DNA of 64,000 nucleotides, taken from positions 3,532-67,531 of the forward strand of contig JBAZUF010000005.1 in assembly GCA_041661505.1 (NCBI GenBank), read 5' to 3'. The DNA comes from Patescibacteria group bacterium (GTDB lineage: Bacteria; Patescibacteriota; Patescibacteriia; Patescibacteriales; JBAZCA01). The notes below the pieces were generated by a model. The model worked only from the letters and a program-made list of their open reading frames with translations. It was not told the origin of the DNA and did no database searches. The position numbers and the translations under genes were made by a program. Below, in pieces: positions 26,984 to 36,847 of the stretch. The stretch's first letter is position 1. Every line of letters begins with the position of its first letter.

Positions 26984-27178
26984 ATTCCTGCCTTTTATCC
27001 GTTTTTTATCTACTTCCAGATTAACACATTTTGGGCCTACATCAAAGCCATCCCAAAAGTCCATATTACCATTGAGATAATCACCATAACGCTGATGATA
27101 ATCCACATTACCCTTACGAATTTCTTCTGTTTAGCCATAAGAATAAGTTTTTAAATTTTAACCCGCGGACAATAAAAA

Positions 27179-29110
27179 TTATCTCTTTAAAATTTTAATA
27201 AAAGTGTCGGACGGTATTTCGACGCTTCCCTTGCCATGCTCCATCATCTTCTTCTTTCCCTTCTTCTGTTTTTCGAGGAGTTTCCGTTTGCGGGTCACGT
27301 CTCCGCCATATAATTTGGCCGTTACGTCCTTGCGCATAGCTGATAATCTTTCGGCGGCGATGACTTTTCCGCCGACGGCCGCCTGTAATTTAATCATGAA
27401 CATCTGCCGCGGCAATGTTTCTTTTAAAGTTTCTACCACTTCCTTGCCCCGATGAAAAGCTTCGTCCCGATAAACGATCATGGATAAAGACTCTACCGGT
27501 TCTTCAGCGACCAGGATATCCATTTTCACCACTTCGGCTCCCCGGTAGCCTAAAAATTCATAATTTACCGAAGCGTAGCCCGAGCTGACACTTTTTATTT
27601 TATCATAAAAATCAGTTAAGATCGTCGCCATCGGCGCTTCGTAATGCAAAATCGCGCGGGTAACGTCAATAAATTCGGTATTTTTGTAAATGCCGTGCTT
27701 TTCCTGGATTAAGTTCATGGCCGCGCCCATGTAATCTTTGGGGATAATTACGTCCAAGGCCACCCACGGCTCTTCGATTTTTTCAATCTGCGACGGGTCC
27801 GGCAGTTCGTGCGGGCTATGGATTATCAATGCTCCTTCCGCGTCCACGTGCTTAAGCCGGTTAGCGTCCAGCGATTTGGTTGATTTTAAAAATACTTTGT
27901 AGGCGACGCTTGGGGTGGTTACTACGATATCTAAATTATATTCCCGGCTTAACCTTTCCTGAAATATCTCTAAATGCAGTAAGCCCAAAAATCCGCACCT
28001 AAAGCCAAAGCCTAAAGCGTCCGAATGCTCGGGCTCGTAGGACAAAGCCGCGTCATTTAATTTCAATTTTTCCATAGCTTCGCGGAGTTGTTGGTATTCG
28101 TTTCCTTCTTGGGGAAAAATTCCGGCAAAAACCATGGGCTTAACTTCTTTATAGCCTTTTAGCGGTTCCACATTTACCTTGTCCCCTGTCCCGCCTTGAG
28201 CGTTAATATTGGTAACGGTATCACCAACCCGGCACTCATTTACGTTTTTAAAGCCAGTGGCGATATAACCGATTTCCCCCGCCTTTAATTCGCCGGTTGA
28301 TTTATAATCCGGCTTAAATATTCCTACGTCAACGGCTTCGCTCCTAGCCTTGGTGGCAATCAAGTAAATCTTTTCCCCTTTTTTTATTTTGCCTTCCATC
28401 ACCCGGACAAAGGCGAGCACTCCCCGGTATTCGTCATAAGTTGAATCAAAAATCAAAGCCCGCAAGGGTTTGCCGCTTGGACCATCACTTCCCGCTCCTT
28501 CAGTTTTAACGTTTGGCTGGCTAGCCGCATTCTTTTCGCCATCTATGACTTTGGCAAAAGTAGGCGCCGGCACCCGATCCACCACGGCCTGCAAAATTTC
28601 CGCCACACCTTCGCCGGTTTTTCCCGAAGCGCTGATAATCTCCTCTTCTTTACAACCGATCAGGCTCATAATTTCGTGCTTGGTTTTTAGCGCGTTCGCC
28701 GCCGGCAAATCAATTTTATTTACCACCGGAATAATTTCCAGCCCTTCTTCCAAAGCCAAATACAAATTAGCCAGAGTCTGGGCCTGGATGCCTTGCGTCG
28801 AGTCCACTAAAAGGATTGCGCCTTCCACCGCGGCCAAAGAGCGCGACACTTCGTAGGTAAAATCCACGTGTCCGGGGGTATCGATGAGATTTAATAAATA
28901 TTCTTTTCCGTCTTGAGCTTTGAAGTTCATGGACACGGGCTGGAGTTTAATAGTAATTCCCCGCTCGCGCTCCAAATCCATCCGGTCCAAAAATTGCTCT
29001 TTCATTTTTCTCTTTTCAATCGTCCCGGTAATCTCCAGCATCCGGTCAGCCAGGGTTGATTTGCCGTGGTCAATGTGCGCGATGATGCAGTAATTTCTGA
29101 TGTTTTTCAT
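27179..29110 (-). CDS. lepA: translation elongation factor 4 (LepA)
   Basis: G-domain motifs AHIDHGKST, DTPGH and NKID. The LepA-specific C-terminal region is YEPEHS.ALGFGFRCGFLGLLHLEI..., ending ..GKGSVEIP..FIKILK. It carries a ~30-aa insertion (KNAASQPNVKTEGAGSDGPSG) after the G domain. Confidence 0.97.
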   Translation of the reverse strand: MKNIRNYCIIAHIDHGKSTLADRMLEITGTIEKRKMKEQFLDRMDLERERGITIKLQPVSMNFKAQDGKEYLLNLIDTPGHVDFTYEVSRSLAAVEGAILLVDSTQGIQAQTLANLYLALEEGLEIIPVVNKIDLPAANALKTKHEIMSLIGCKEEEIISASGKTGEGVAEILQAVVDRVPAPTFAKVIDGEKNAASQPNVKTEGAGSDGPSGKPLRALIFDSTYDEYRGVLAFVRVMEGKIKKGEKIYLIATKARSEAVDVGIFKPDYKSTGELKAGEIGYIATGFKNVNECRVGDTVTNINAQGGTGDKVNVEPLKGYKEVKPMVFAGIFPQEGNEYQQLREAMEKLKLNDAALSYEPEHSDALGFGFRCGFLGLLHLEIFQERLSREYNLDIVVTTPSVAYKVFLKSTKSLDANRLKHVDAEGALIIHSPHELPDPSQIEKIEEPWVALDVIIPKDYMGAAMNLIQEKHGIYKNTEFIDVTRAILHYEAPMATILTDFYDKIKSVSSGYASVNYEFLGYRGAEVVKMDILVAEEPVESLSMIVYRDEAFHRGKEVVETLKETLPRQMFMIKLQAAVGGKVIAAERLSAMRKDVTAKLYGGDVTRKRKLLEKQKKGKKKMMEHGKGSVEIPSDTFIKILKR

Positions 29111-29136
29111 TAAAATATAGGTCTAGCCGAATTATT

Positions 29137-29958
29137 CTACTTAATTCCCAAAACATCCTGCATTGAATAGAGTCCGGGTTTTTGACTGACAATCCATATT
29201 GCCGCCCGGATGGCGCCGCGGGCAAAAGTATCCCGGCTCGCGGCCCGATGGGTTATTTCAATCCGTTCGCCAAGACCGCCGAACAATACGGTATGATCGC
29301 CGGCTATATCTCCGGCCCGGATTGCCTGGATGCCGATTTCTTTTTTAGGGCGTTCGCCAATCAGACCGTGTCGTTCATATTTGCCAACTGCATTTAAATC
29401 GCGGCCCAATGCCTGGGCTACAACTTCGGCCAATTTCATCGCCGTTCCTGACGGCGCGTCTTTTTTAAACCGGTGATGGGCTTCTATAATTTCCACATCA
29501 TAATCATCGCCTAACAGTTTAGCGGCTTCGGCCGCCAGTTTAAACATGACATTTACGCCAAGGCTCATGTTCGGCGCTAGAACCACCGGAATTTTCTTTG
29601 CTAACTCACCCGCCTTTTCCAGTTGTTCCCTGGTAAAACCGGTTGAACCGATTACTATGGGTTTACCGGCTTGGCTTGCCGCTTCCAGATGCTTTATCGA
29701 ACTCTCGGCATTGGTAAAATCAATAATCACATCGCATTCAGCCAAAACATCTTTTACGCTAGGGGCCGTTTTTATTCCAGTCAAAGCTCCGCCGATAATT
29801 TCCGATAAATCTTTTTTTGTTTTGGCATGGCCGGGCGATTCAAAACCGGCCGAAAGCGAAACGCCTTCAGTCTCACCGATTAGCTGGGCAATCCGGGATC
29901 CCATCCGTCCTCCGATACCGGCAACGGCAACTTTTATATTGTCTTTTTTGTTTGGCAT
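29137..29958 (-). CDS. dapB: 4-hydroxy-tetrahydrodipicolinate reductase
   Basis: Contains VAVAGIGGRMG (NAD(P) binding), DFT, the DapB signature EAHHRFKKDAPSGTA, and RAGDIAGDHTVLF. Confidence 0.95.
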   Translation of the reverse strand: MPNKKDNIKVAVAGIGGRMGSRIAQLIGETEGVSLSAGFESPGHAKTKKDLSEIIGGALTGIKTAPSVKDVLAECDVIIDFTNAESSIKHLEAASQAGKPIVIGSTGFTREQLEKAGELAKKIPVVLAPNMSLGVNVMFKLAAEAAKLLGDDYDVEIIEAHHRFKKDAPSGTAMKLAEVVAQALGRDLNAVGKYERHGLIGERPKKEIGIQAIRAGDIAGDHTVLFGGLGERIEITHRAASRDTFARGAIRAAIWIVSQKPGLYSMQDVLGIK

Positions 29959-30001
29959 AATTTATCTGGCATCCATCCGATGCCTTTACCTGCTTATAGA
30001 T

Positions 30002-30916
30002 TTAAATCAACCCGTAATCCTTCAGCGCATCTTCCAGCCTTTTCCGGTTAACTTCGGACATTTGAACGAGGGGCAAGCGCAGTTCATCCGACGCTATCTT
30101 TCCCATCATCGCCAAAGCCGCTTTGACCGGCGCCGGATTGGTTTCATAAAATAGCGCGTTGCATAAAGGCATTAATTTATAAAACATCTTCCTGGCCTCT
30201 TCAATTTTTCCGTCAAAATAAGTTTGGCAAAGCGCCGCCATGTCGCGCGGCGCGGCGTTGGATACGACCGATATTACCCCCTGCCCGCCGATACAAAGCA
30301 TGGGGTAGGTTAAATAATCTTCTCCTGACACAACAATGAATTCTTCCGGGCATTGGCTTATAATGTCGGCCGCCTGTTTTAAATTACCCGAAGCCTCTTT
30401 AATGCCGATTATATTGGGAAGCTCTGACAGCCGAACGACGGTCGCCGGCTCCATATTGATCCCGGTCCGGCCCTGAATGTTATAAAGAAATATGGGAATA
30501 TCAACGGTTTCCGCCACTTTTTTAAAATGCTGATGCAGCCCTTCCTGGGTCGGCTTGTTATAGTAAGGGCAAATTAAGAGGGCGGCGTCAGCTCCGTCGG
30601 CTTTGGCTTTTTCGGTCAAGCGAATCGCCTCGGCCGTATCATTAGAGCCGGTGCCGGCAATTACCGGTATCCGTCCTTTTACCTGTTCAACGGTTAGGGC
30701 AATTACCCTGTTATGCTCTTCGTGGGTTAAGGTAGCCGATTCGCCGGTAGTGCCGCAGGGAATAATCGCCTTGGTTCCGTTTACAATCTGGAATTCAATC
30801 AACTGCCGTAATTTTTCCTCGTCAATAGATCCGTTATTAAACGGAGTGATAATGGCAACCATTGCTCCGCGCAATTTTCTCCTTAATTCGGAATAAGATG
30901 GCTCTGGGCCTGGCAT
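30002..30916 (-). CDS. dapA: 4-hydroxy-tetrahydrodipicolinate synthase
   Basis: Contains GAMVAIITPF, GTTGES.TLT..EH and YNIQGRTG, plus the Schiff-base Lys context IIGIKEASG. Confidence 0.95.
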   Translation of the reverse strand: MPGPEPSYSELRRKLRGAMVAIITPFNNGSIDEEKLRQLIEFQIVNGTKAIIPCGTTGESATLTHEEHNRVIALTVEQVKGRIPVIAGTGSNDTAEAIRLTEKAKADGADAALLICPYYNKPTQEGLHQHFKKVAETVDIPIFLYNIQGRTGINMEPATVVRLSELPNIIGIKEASGNLKQAADIISQCPEEFIVVSGEDYLTYPMLCIGGQGVISVVSNAAPRDMAALCQTYFDGKIEEARKMFYKLMPLCNALFYETNPAPVKAALAMMGKIASDELRLPLVQMSEVNRKRLEDALKDYGLI

Positions 30917-31159
30917 AAATTTATTTGCCGCAAGTTAGAGGGCGTATTTAAATTTAAATGATGTATCCAATTATATTTTTAACATAAAGACTGTTAAATA
31001 TCAAGTAAAATTCCGGCGGAAAGCCGAAGATTGATTTTATTTCAATATAACGATATATTGTAAACATCATTCAATCATCAATGTCCGTTTTTATTTAACC
31101 CTGAACATCATGCCGGTTCTATTGATAATTGTTAATTTCTAATTGCAAATTGATTCATT

Positions 31160-32491
31160 ATGCCAATGTCAAAAGATTTTAAAGAGCGGGCTTTTCCCTT
31201 ATTGCCGAAGATATTGAAAGATTTCCGGCCAAAGCTCTACGGAAAAAATTCGGCCGGATTAGACGCCGCCCTTTCTCCGGGATTCCATTTGTATGACGAA
31301 AAAGGCATCCGCGAACGGATCGCATTAATGAAAAAGCTTTTCTTCACCGAGCACCCGGGAATGGAATTTTTCGCGGTCAAAGCCAATTCCAATAATGCCA
31401 TTTTGAAAATCATGCTTGACGAAGGATTTGGAGTAGACTGCTCTTCCCCGACTGAAATTATCCGGGCCCAGGCGCTCGGGTTTCCAAAGGAATTAATCAT
31501 GTGCACCGGAAATAATACTAATCCGGAATTCTACGAAGCTTTCATGGACGCGGGGTGCATACTAAATTTAGACGACATAGGCTATATCGACAAACTGCCT
31601 TACATGCCCGAACGGATTTGTTTTCGCTATAATCCGGGACCGAGAAAAACCAAAGGCAGCACCGAATTTATTGGCGATCCTGTCAATCAAAAATACGGAG
31701 TGCGGTTTGATCAAATTGCTGAAGCTTACCAAAGAGCCAAGGCTAAAGGCGCAAAAATTTTCGGATTACATACCATGTTTGCTTCAAATTGCCTGGATGC
31801 TGAAGCTCTCGGGGAAATCGCGGGCATGCAGCTGGAAATTGCCGAGGAATTACAGAAAAAATTGGGAATAAAATTCGAGTTCGTCAATATCGGCGGCGGC
31901 ATCGGCATCGAATACCGGCCGGATGAAAAACCGCTGGATGTAGAATTGGTGGCCCGAATGACCAACAAGGCGTTTTCCGCTTTTAAAGCCAAGCACGGTT
32001 ACGCGCCCAAGCTTTATATGGAAGCGGGACGATTCGTAACCGGGCCTTTTGGTATTTTAGCCGGCCGGGCAATTAATAGGATGAATAAATACAAAAATTT
32101 TGTCGGCGTGGATTTTTGCGACGCCGCTGACATTTTACGGGCCGGCATATACCCGGCTTATCACGAGGTAAGCGTCTTAACGCCTGAAGGCAAGGAAAAA
32201 ACCGAAGGGGAAAAAGAAACTGTTTCCATCGTCGGTCCGCTTTGTGAAAATATCCACATGATTTCCGACAGATTACTGCCGAAAGTCGAAGAGGGCGATA
32301 TTATCGTAATCCACGACACCGGCGCCCATGGAATCGGCATGGGTATGAACTATAACGGCTGGGCTAAAAGCCAGGAATTAATGCTCCATTCCGATAATTC
32401 AGTGTCGCGCGTAAGCCGGGCCGAAACTATAGGCGATTTGTTGGTTAAAGAGCTGGATATGAAAGGCCAGGAATTGACCGTTAAATATTAA
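31160..32491 (+). CDS. lysA: diaminopimelate decarboxylase (fold-type III PLP decarboxylase)
   Basis: Contains FFAVKANSN (PLP Lys), HTMFASN, NIGGGIGIEY, GPLCENIHM and HDTGAHG..MNYNG. The DAP-pathway context (dapA, dapB, aminotransferase) supports lysA over ornithine/arginine decarboxylase. Confidence 0.8.
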   Translation: MPMSKDFKERAFPLLPKILKDFRPKLYGKNSAGLDAALSPGFHLYDEKGIRERIALMKKLFFTEHPGMEFFAVKANSNNAILKIMLDEGFGVDCSSPTEIIRAQALGFPKELIMCTGNNTNPEFYEAFMDAGCILNLDDIGYIDKLPYMPERICFRYNPGPRKTKGSTEFIGDPVNQKYGVRFDQIAEAYQRAKAKGAKIFGLHTMFASNCLDAEALGEIAGMQLEIAEELQKKLGIKFEFVNIGGGIGIEYRPDEKPLDVELVARMTNKAFSAFKAKHGYAPKLYMEAGRFVTGPFGILAGRAINRMNKYKNFVGVDFCDAADILRAGIYPAYHEVSVLTPEGKEKTEGEKETVSIVGPLCENIHMISDRLLPKVEEGDIIVIHDTGAHGIGMGMNYNGWAKSQELMLHSDNSVSRVSRAETIGDLLVKELDMKGQELTVKY

Positions 32492-32502
32492 AAATCCATA
32501 CT

Positions 32503-33726
32503 ATGCTAAATTCATGGCTGCCTAAAGGCGGGGAAAATATCTTCCAAAAGGTTAAGCGCGAAAGAGCCGAAGCCGAAGCGGCAGGCATTAAGCTATGGCC
32601 TTTGTCTTTTGGCCAGCCGACTGGTCCAGCTTTGCTTGCCGCCAGGAAAAAGGCGGCCGAAGCCGTCATGTCGGAAGACGAGTCCTTGCATGAATACCAG
32701 GACAACGGCTCGCCCGGCGTTGGCGATTTTGCCCGGCGTTTTATCGCCGCCCATTTCGATAAAGAAACGGCTAAAAGGATTACAGGCCAAGCCAATTTTG
32801 ATTTTCTTCCGACCCCCGGAACTAAATCCATGCTGGGCCTTGTTCCGATGGCCTGCGGATTTATCCGGGACAAGAAAACCCGGCAGGCTATCAACCCGGA
32901 ATTACAGGTAGCAACTATGACCGAGCCCGGCTACCCTACGCCGGCGGTTTGGTGCGACTATCTGGGAGCTAAAAATTATTCTTTAAAAACCACGCCGGAA
33001 AATCAATTCATTTTTTCTTTAGACGGCATCCAGCCCGGCACGAAGTTAATCATGGCCAATTATCCCCATAATCCGACCGGACAGGTAGCCGACAAAAACT
33101 TTTGGCGCTCGCTTTGCGCTTATTGCGCCGAACATGGCATCAGGCTGTTTAACGACGCGGCTTATGCCATTCTTACATTCACTGACGCGGCCGCCACCCT
33201 AGCGGAAATAGCGATAGAGTTCCCCGAACTGTCCTGGGCCGAGGCTTATTCTTCTTCCAAAGTAATCGCCAACGGAACCGGCTGGCGCATTGGAGCCATT
33301 ACCGGCTCTAAAGATTTTATTGAAGACATCCGAACCATTAAAGGCAATACTGACTCGGGATTTTTCGCGCCGGCAGCGGCCGGGGTGCTTTCTTGCATGG
33401 AAGAAGATATGCCAGCCATAACAGCCAACCGGGATACTTATGCCCGCCGGCTGGAACTTTTATGCGGTTTGTTAACCGAACGCGGGATGAAACTGGCGGT
33501 AAGGCCCAAAGCCACTTTTTTTACCACCTGGCTTGCTCCTAAAACCGCTTTTGGCCGGAAAATCGGGAACGCCGGAGAATTCAATAAACTGATGATCGAA
33601 AATACCGGCATTGTCGGTATCCCCTTTGAACCTTATCTCCGCTACACGGTCACCAATCCGATCGAAAAAAAAGAATGGACCGAGGCCATAAAAAAAGCTT
33701 TTGATCAGGCCAAAGTTTCTTACTAG
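32503..33726 (+). CDS. class I/II PLP aminotransferase, probable LL-diaminopimelate aminotransferase (DapL-like)
   Basis: Contains NYPHNPTG, FNDAAY and SSSKVIANGTGWRIGA (PLP Lys). It begins 12 nt after lysA, next to dapA/dapB. The DapL assignment is contextual only. Confidence 0.6.
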   Translation: MLNSWLPKGGENIFQKVKRERAEAEAAGIKLWPLSFGQPTGPALLAARKKAAEAVMSEDESLHEYQDNGSPGVGDFARRFIAAHFDKETAKRITGQANFDFLPTPGTKSMLGLVPMACGFIRDKKTRQAINPELQVATMTEPGYPTPAVWCDYLGAKNYSLKTTPENQFIFSLDGIQPGTKLIMANYPHNPTGQVADKNFWRSLCAYCAEHGIRLFNDAAYAILTFTDAAATLAEIAIEFPELSWAEAYSSSKVIANGTGWRIGAITGSKDFIEDIRTIKGNTDSGFFAPAAAGVLSCMEEDMPAITANRDTYARRLELLCGLLTERGMKLAVRPKATFFTTWLAPKTAFGRKIGNAGEFNKLMIENTGIVGIPFEPYLRYTVTNPIEKKEWTEAIKKAFDQAKVSY

Positions 33727-33756
33727 CACAAATAAAACTGCCACCGGCTTCTCAAT

Positions 33757-33791
33757 TAAAAAAACTGCTCGATCATGCGAGTGGTTTTTTT
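33757..33791. terminator. terminator between the convergent aminotransferase and murJ genes (better formed on the + strand)
   Basis: ACTGCTCG-ATCATG-CGAGTGGT (8 bp, two G-U on the + strand) is flanked by A7 (33758-33764) and T6-7 (33785-33791). Confidence 0.55.
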
Positions 33792-33830
33792 AATAATATT
33801 GAAAATTGTCAATTGGTAATTACGGATTGA

Positions 33831-35528
33831 TTAAATCCCCCGCGCTTCGCTTGAATCGTCGGTTTCCACCTTGCCCCAGTTAACCCGGCGCCGGAATGAA
33901 TTCCAAAAAGAAAAAAATTCTTCGCTTCTTAAAATATAACATAAAATTAAAAACGCGATTATCCCGCCTAAGCCGGCCACCGCGCCCTGGATCAAGACGC
34001 CTAAAAAAGTGCTCATGCTGATATACGGCCAGACTAGAGATTTAACCGCCTGAATGCTCGCGCCGGAACCGGCGGCGGCCAATGAGAGCTTCGCGGTTGA
34101 TATGAAGATTCTTTTTCCATCCAGGCTTCCTACCTCCATCCTTAATAAAATCCAGAGAAGAATAAAATTAATGATGCTGGAAATGGAAAAGGCCAAAGCC
34201 AGCCCGGCAACGCCCAAAGGCAGGCAGGCCGAGACCCCGCCAAAGGGGCTTAATAGCACTTTGCAAATTATTATTTTCGGCAGCCAAAGAGACAAGCCGA
34301 TATTAATAAACACGGAAAAAAGTCCGATATAAAACGGCGTCCGGCTGTCGTGGCGCGCGTAAAACACCCGGATTAAAAGCGGAATCAGCGCCTGGGCCCA
34401 TAAACCAATGGTAAAGAAGGCCAGCGTATCAATAGTCATGATCGTATCTTCCCAATCAAAATGCCCGGAGCCTAAAATTACGCGGACAATTTGCGCGCGC
34501 AGGGCTAAAAGCAAGACGGTTGAAGGGATAATAAAAAACAAAATTTGCCTAAGCGCTGAAGAAAAGCTGGCCTTTAATTTTTCCCGGTCAAAGGCGTTTA
34601 GGGCCAGGGTCGGAAAAGCGGCGACCGCGTAAGAGATGCCGAAAATTCCAATAGGAAAAGACTGCAAATTATTAGCCAGGTTGAATACCGAAAGCGAGCC
34701 GCTTTTTAAGGTTGAGGCGATTATGGTCAAAACGACTAAATTTATCTGGGCAATCGCCAAAGACATGGTTCTTGGGCCCATCATGCGGATAATTTTTTTA
34801 AACCCCGCGTCCTTCCAGTCGAGCAGACGCTGATAACGATAACCCAGGTTAAAGACCGACGGCAGCTGGACCAGCATATGCATAAGCGCCCCCAAAACTA
34901 CGCCTATAGCCAGGCCGTAAACTCCGAATCGCGGAGTCAAAAATAACGCGCCTAAAATAATTCCGACATTGTAAAAAATCGGCGCCAGCGAATATACGAA
35001 GAAGCGCTTGAACGATTGGAGAATCCCGCCCAAGACGCTGGAGATCCCTAAAAAAAGCGGGGACAAGAACATAATTTGGGTCAAGCCGACGGTAAGCTTT
35101 AATTTTTCCTGGCTAAATCCGGGGGTAATAACTTTCATGATCCAAGGCGCGGCGATTATTCCTATCGCCGTTAAAGCCAGCAAGCTTAATACAATAAAAT
35201 TTAAAATATTATTGGAAAGCTCCCAGGCCTCCTTGTATTTTTTATACCGGTCATTTTCTTCTTTGGCTTTCTTTTTTATAAGTCCGGTGAAGACAGGGAT
35301 GAATCCGGCTGACAGTGCGCCTAAAACAAGCAGGTTAAATATCAGGTCGGGAATCCGAAAGGCGGCATAGTAAATATCCAGGGTATCGCCGGCGCCGAAT
35401 TCTCCGGCCAAAATCCGGTCGCGGAAAATTCCCAAAAGCCGGCTTACCAAAGAAAAAAAAGCGACCAGGGCGGCGGCCATGGCGATTGAATCTATTTTTC
35501 CGTTAATAATTTTTTGGATGCGCCTCAT
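33831..35528 (-). CDS. murJ: lipid II flippase MurJ (MviN)
   Basis: 565 aa with about 14 TM helices. The N-terminus ..SRLLGIFRDRILAGEFGAG..LDIYYAAFRIPDLIFNLLV.GALSAGFIPVF is the canonical MurJ opening. Confidence 0.9.
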   Translation of the reverse strand: MRRIQKIINGKIDSIAMAAALVAFFSLVSRLLGIFRDRILAGEFGAGDTLDIYYAAFRIPDLIFNLLVLGALSAGFIPVFTGLIKKKAKEENDRYKKYKEAWELSNNILNFIVLSLLALTAIGIIAAPWIMKVITPGFSQEKLKLTVGLTQIMFLSPLFLGISSVLGGILQSFKRFFVYSLAPIFYNVGIILGALFLTPRFGVYGLAIGVVLGALMHMLVQLPSVFNLGYRYQRLLDWKDAGFKKIIRMMGPRTMSLAIAQINLVVLTIIASTLKSGSLSVFNLANNLQSFPIGIFGISYAVAAFPTLALNAFDREKLKASFSSALRQILFFIIPSTVLLLALRAQIVRVILGSGHFDWEDTIMTIDTLAFFTIGLWAQALIPLLIRVFYARHDSRTPFYIGLFSVFINIGLSLWLPKIIICKVLLSPFGGVSACLPLGVAGLALAFSISSIINFILLWILLRMEVGSLDGKRIFISTAKLSLAAAGSGASIQAVKSLVWPYISMSTFLGVLIQGAVAGLGGIIAFLILCYILRSEEFFSFWNSFRRRVNWGKVETDDSSEARGI

Positions 35529-35611
35529 GGAATAATGCTATAAAACCGGCAAATTTAAAATGGCCGGATTTTTCACCTCGCTTTATTTAGCCGGCCGCCT
35601 GGGTTTAGGCC

Positions 35612-36844
35612 TTATACTCTATTATTATATACGAGATTGGAAAAAATATCATCCATTTTCGAGGCAATTATATCCCAATCATATTTTTCTCTGACCAATT
35701 TTTTACCGTTTGCGGCCAGCTTTTGCTTTAAAGTTTCATCATTTAAGATCCTAACCAGGCTTTCCTTAATGCTTTGAGGATCGCCAGGACGGCAAAAAAC
35801 TCCGGTTTCGCCGTCTTTTAAGAAATCCACTATTCCTCCGACCGGAGTGGCGACGACCGGCAAACCGGCGGCCATAGCCTCCAAAAATACATTTCCCAGC
35901 CCTTCTGTGAGCGAAGGCCTGATGAAAATATCGCTTATCCAGAGATATTTCGGCACTTCATCATTAGGGACCTTGCCGATAAAAATTACTTTGTTTTCTA
36001 ATCCGGATTCGCGCACCATCGATTTTAAGATCTTTTCCAGTTCGCCGGTTCCGATGATTAACAGTTTAAAGCTAGAGTTTTCCCCGGCCTCCGAATCCGC
36101 TAACAATTTGATTCCCCTGATCAAGTCCTCCAAGCCGTTTTTTTTAACCAGCCGGGATACGGTGGTTATAATTTTTTCATCTTTCAATATTCCCAGCGAG
36201 GCTTTCAGATTATATATAATTTCCAATTCTTCTGAAAGGGGCGGCGGATTTTTCCTTTCGAATTTATTAATATCTACCCCATTCGGGACGATTTTTATAT
36301 CGCATCCCGCGCCGCTGTTTTTTGCCCGCTTCCCCAGGTCGTTGGATATCGCTGTTATAGAGTCTGCCTTTTTAATTACTAGCCGGTGAAAAGGCTGTAC
36401 AAAAATTTTGAACAGTGTATCGCTTCCCAAAGAGTAGCGCCTTAAGTGCTCTTCAGAATCCCCTTCCTGCATATTTAGAAGCATTATCTTTTTGGGAAAA
36501 ATCAGCTTAAAAAAAGAAGCGGTAATTCCGCCCTGGCTAGCCATAACCGCCCAAATGATTTCGTAGCTATTTTTGCGGTTTAGTCTTACTGCTTTGATAA
36601 GTCCTAAAAAAGGCAGAAGAAATTTATCGAACCGATTGCCAAAACCTACCCGGAAAACGCTAACATTTTCTATCCTTTCCCGGCGCCGGCATTTTCTATC
36701 CAGCCGGGAGGTTATGAGGTCAAACCCATACTTAGGCTGGCCGTTTTTAACTTTAGCCGCGAGATGATTAGTAATTTCCCTTACCGCTAATTCCGCCCCT
36801 CCAATAAACGGCAAATAGGCAGTGGAAAAAATTAATATTCTCAT
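35612..36844 (-). CDS. glycosyltransferase family 4 (GT-B)
   Basis: N-terminus MRILIFSTAY.P.IGGAE. The C-terminal half has EGLGNVFLEAMAAGLPVVATPVGG, the E-x7-E region typical of GT4. Confidence 0.85.
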   Translation of the reverse strand: MRILIFSTAYLPFIGGAELAVREITNHLAAKVKNGQPKYGFDLITSRLDRKCRRRERIENVSVFRVGFGNRFDKFLLPFLGLIKAVRLNRKNSYEIIWAVMASQGGITASFFKLIFPKKIMLLNMQEGDSEEHLRRYSLGSDTLFKIFVQPFHRLVIKKADSITAISNDLGKRAKNSGAGCDIKIVPNGVDINKFERKNPPPLSEELEIIYNLKASLGILKDEKIITTVSRLVKKNGLEDLIRGIKLLADSEAGENSSFKLLIIGTGELEKILKSMVRESGLENKVIFIGKVPNDEVPKYLWISDIFIRPSLTEGLGNVFLEAMAAGLPVVATPVGGIVDFLKDGETGVFCRPGDPQSIKESLVRILNDETLKQKLAANGKKLVREKYDWDIIASKMDDIFSNLVYNNRV

Positions 36845-36847
36845 GGT

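Noticed and set aside
25011-27106. Longer track starts for several genes: rnhA 25031, recJ 27106, 51661, 56409, 58007, 23061, 12936, 8475, 2273 and 2931.
   Set aside because: The N-terminal extensions lack homology to the respective families. They remove or bury signal peptides, overlap upstream genes, or run through hairpin elements or promoters. Internal ATGs give canonical N-termini. The recJ and rnhA starts remain the least certain.
30917-31159. Possible lysine riboswitch (L-box), or another member of the long-hairpin family, in the 243-nt dapA/lysA divergent region.
   Set aside because: The region is AT-rich and contains only a small CCGGC-GGAAA-GCCG(A) hairpin. I could not find the conserved L-box helices or motifs. 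The flanks of the small hairpin pair poorly and lack the CTGTTTGA/GAGTT core. A cmscan run would settle it.
35545-35575. CCGGC..GCCGG hairpin after the GT4 gene (and similar 5-bp stems at 55800-55860 and 24590-24611) as terminators.
   Set aside because: The stems are only 4-7 bp, with poor or absent U-tracts. They are too weak to call from sequence alone.
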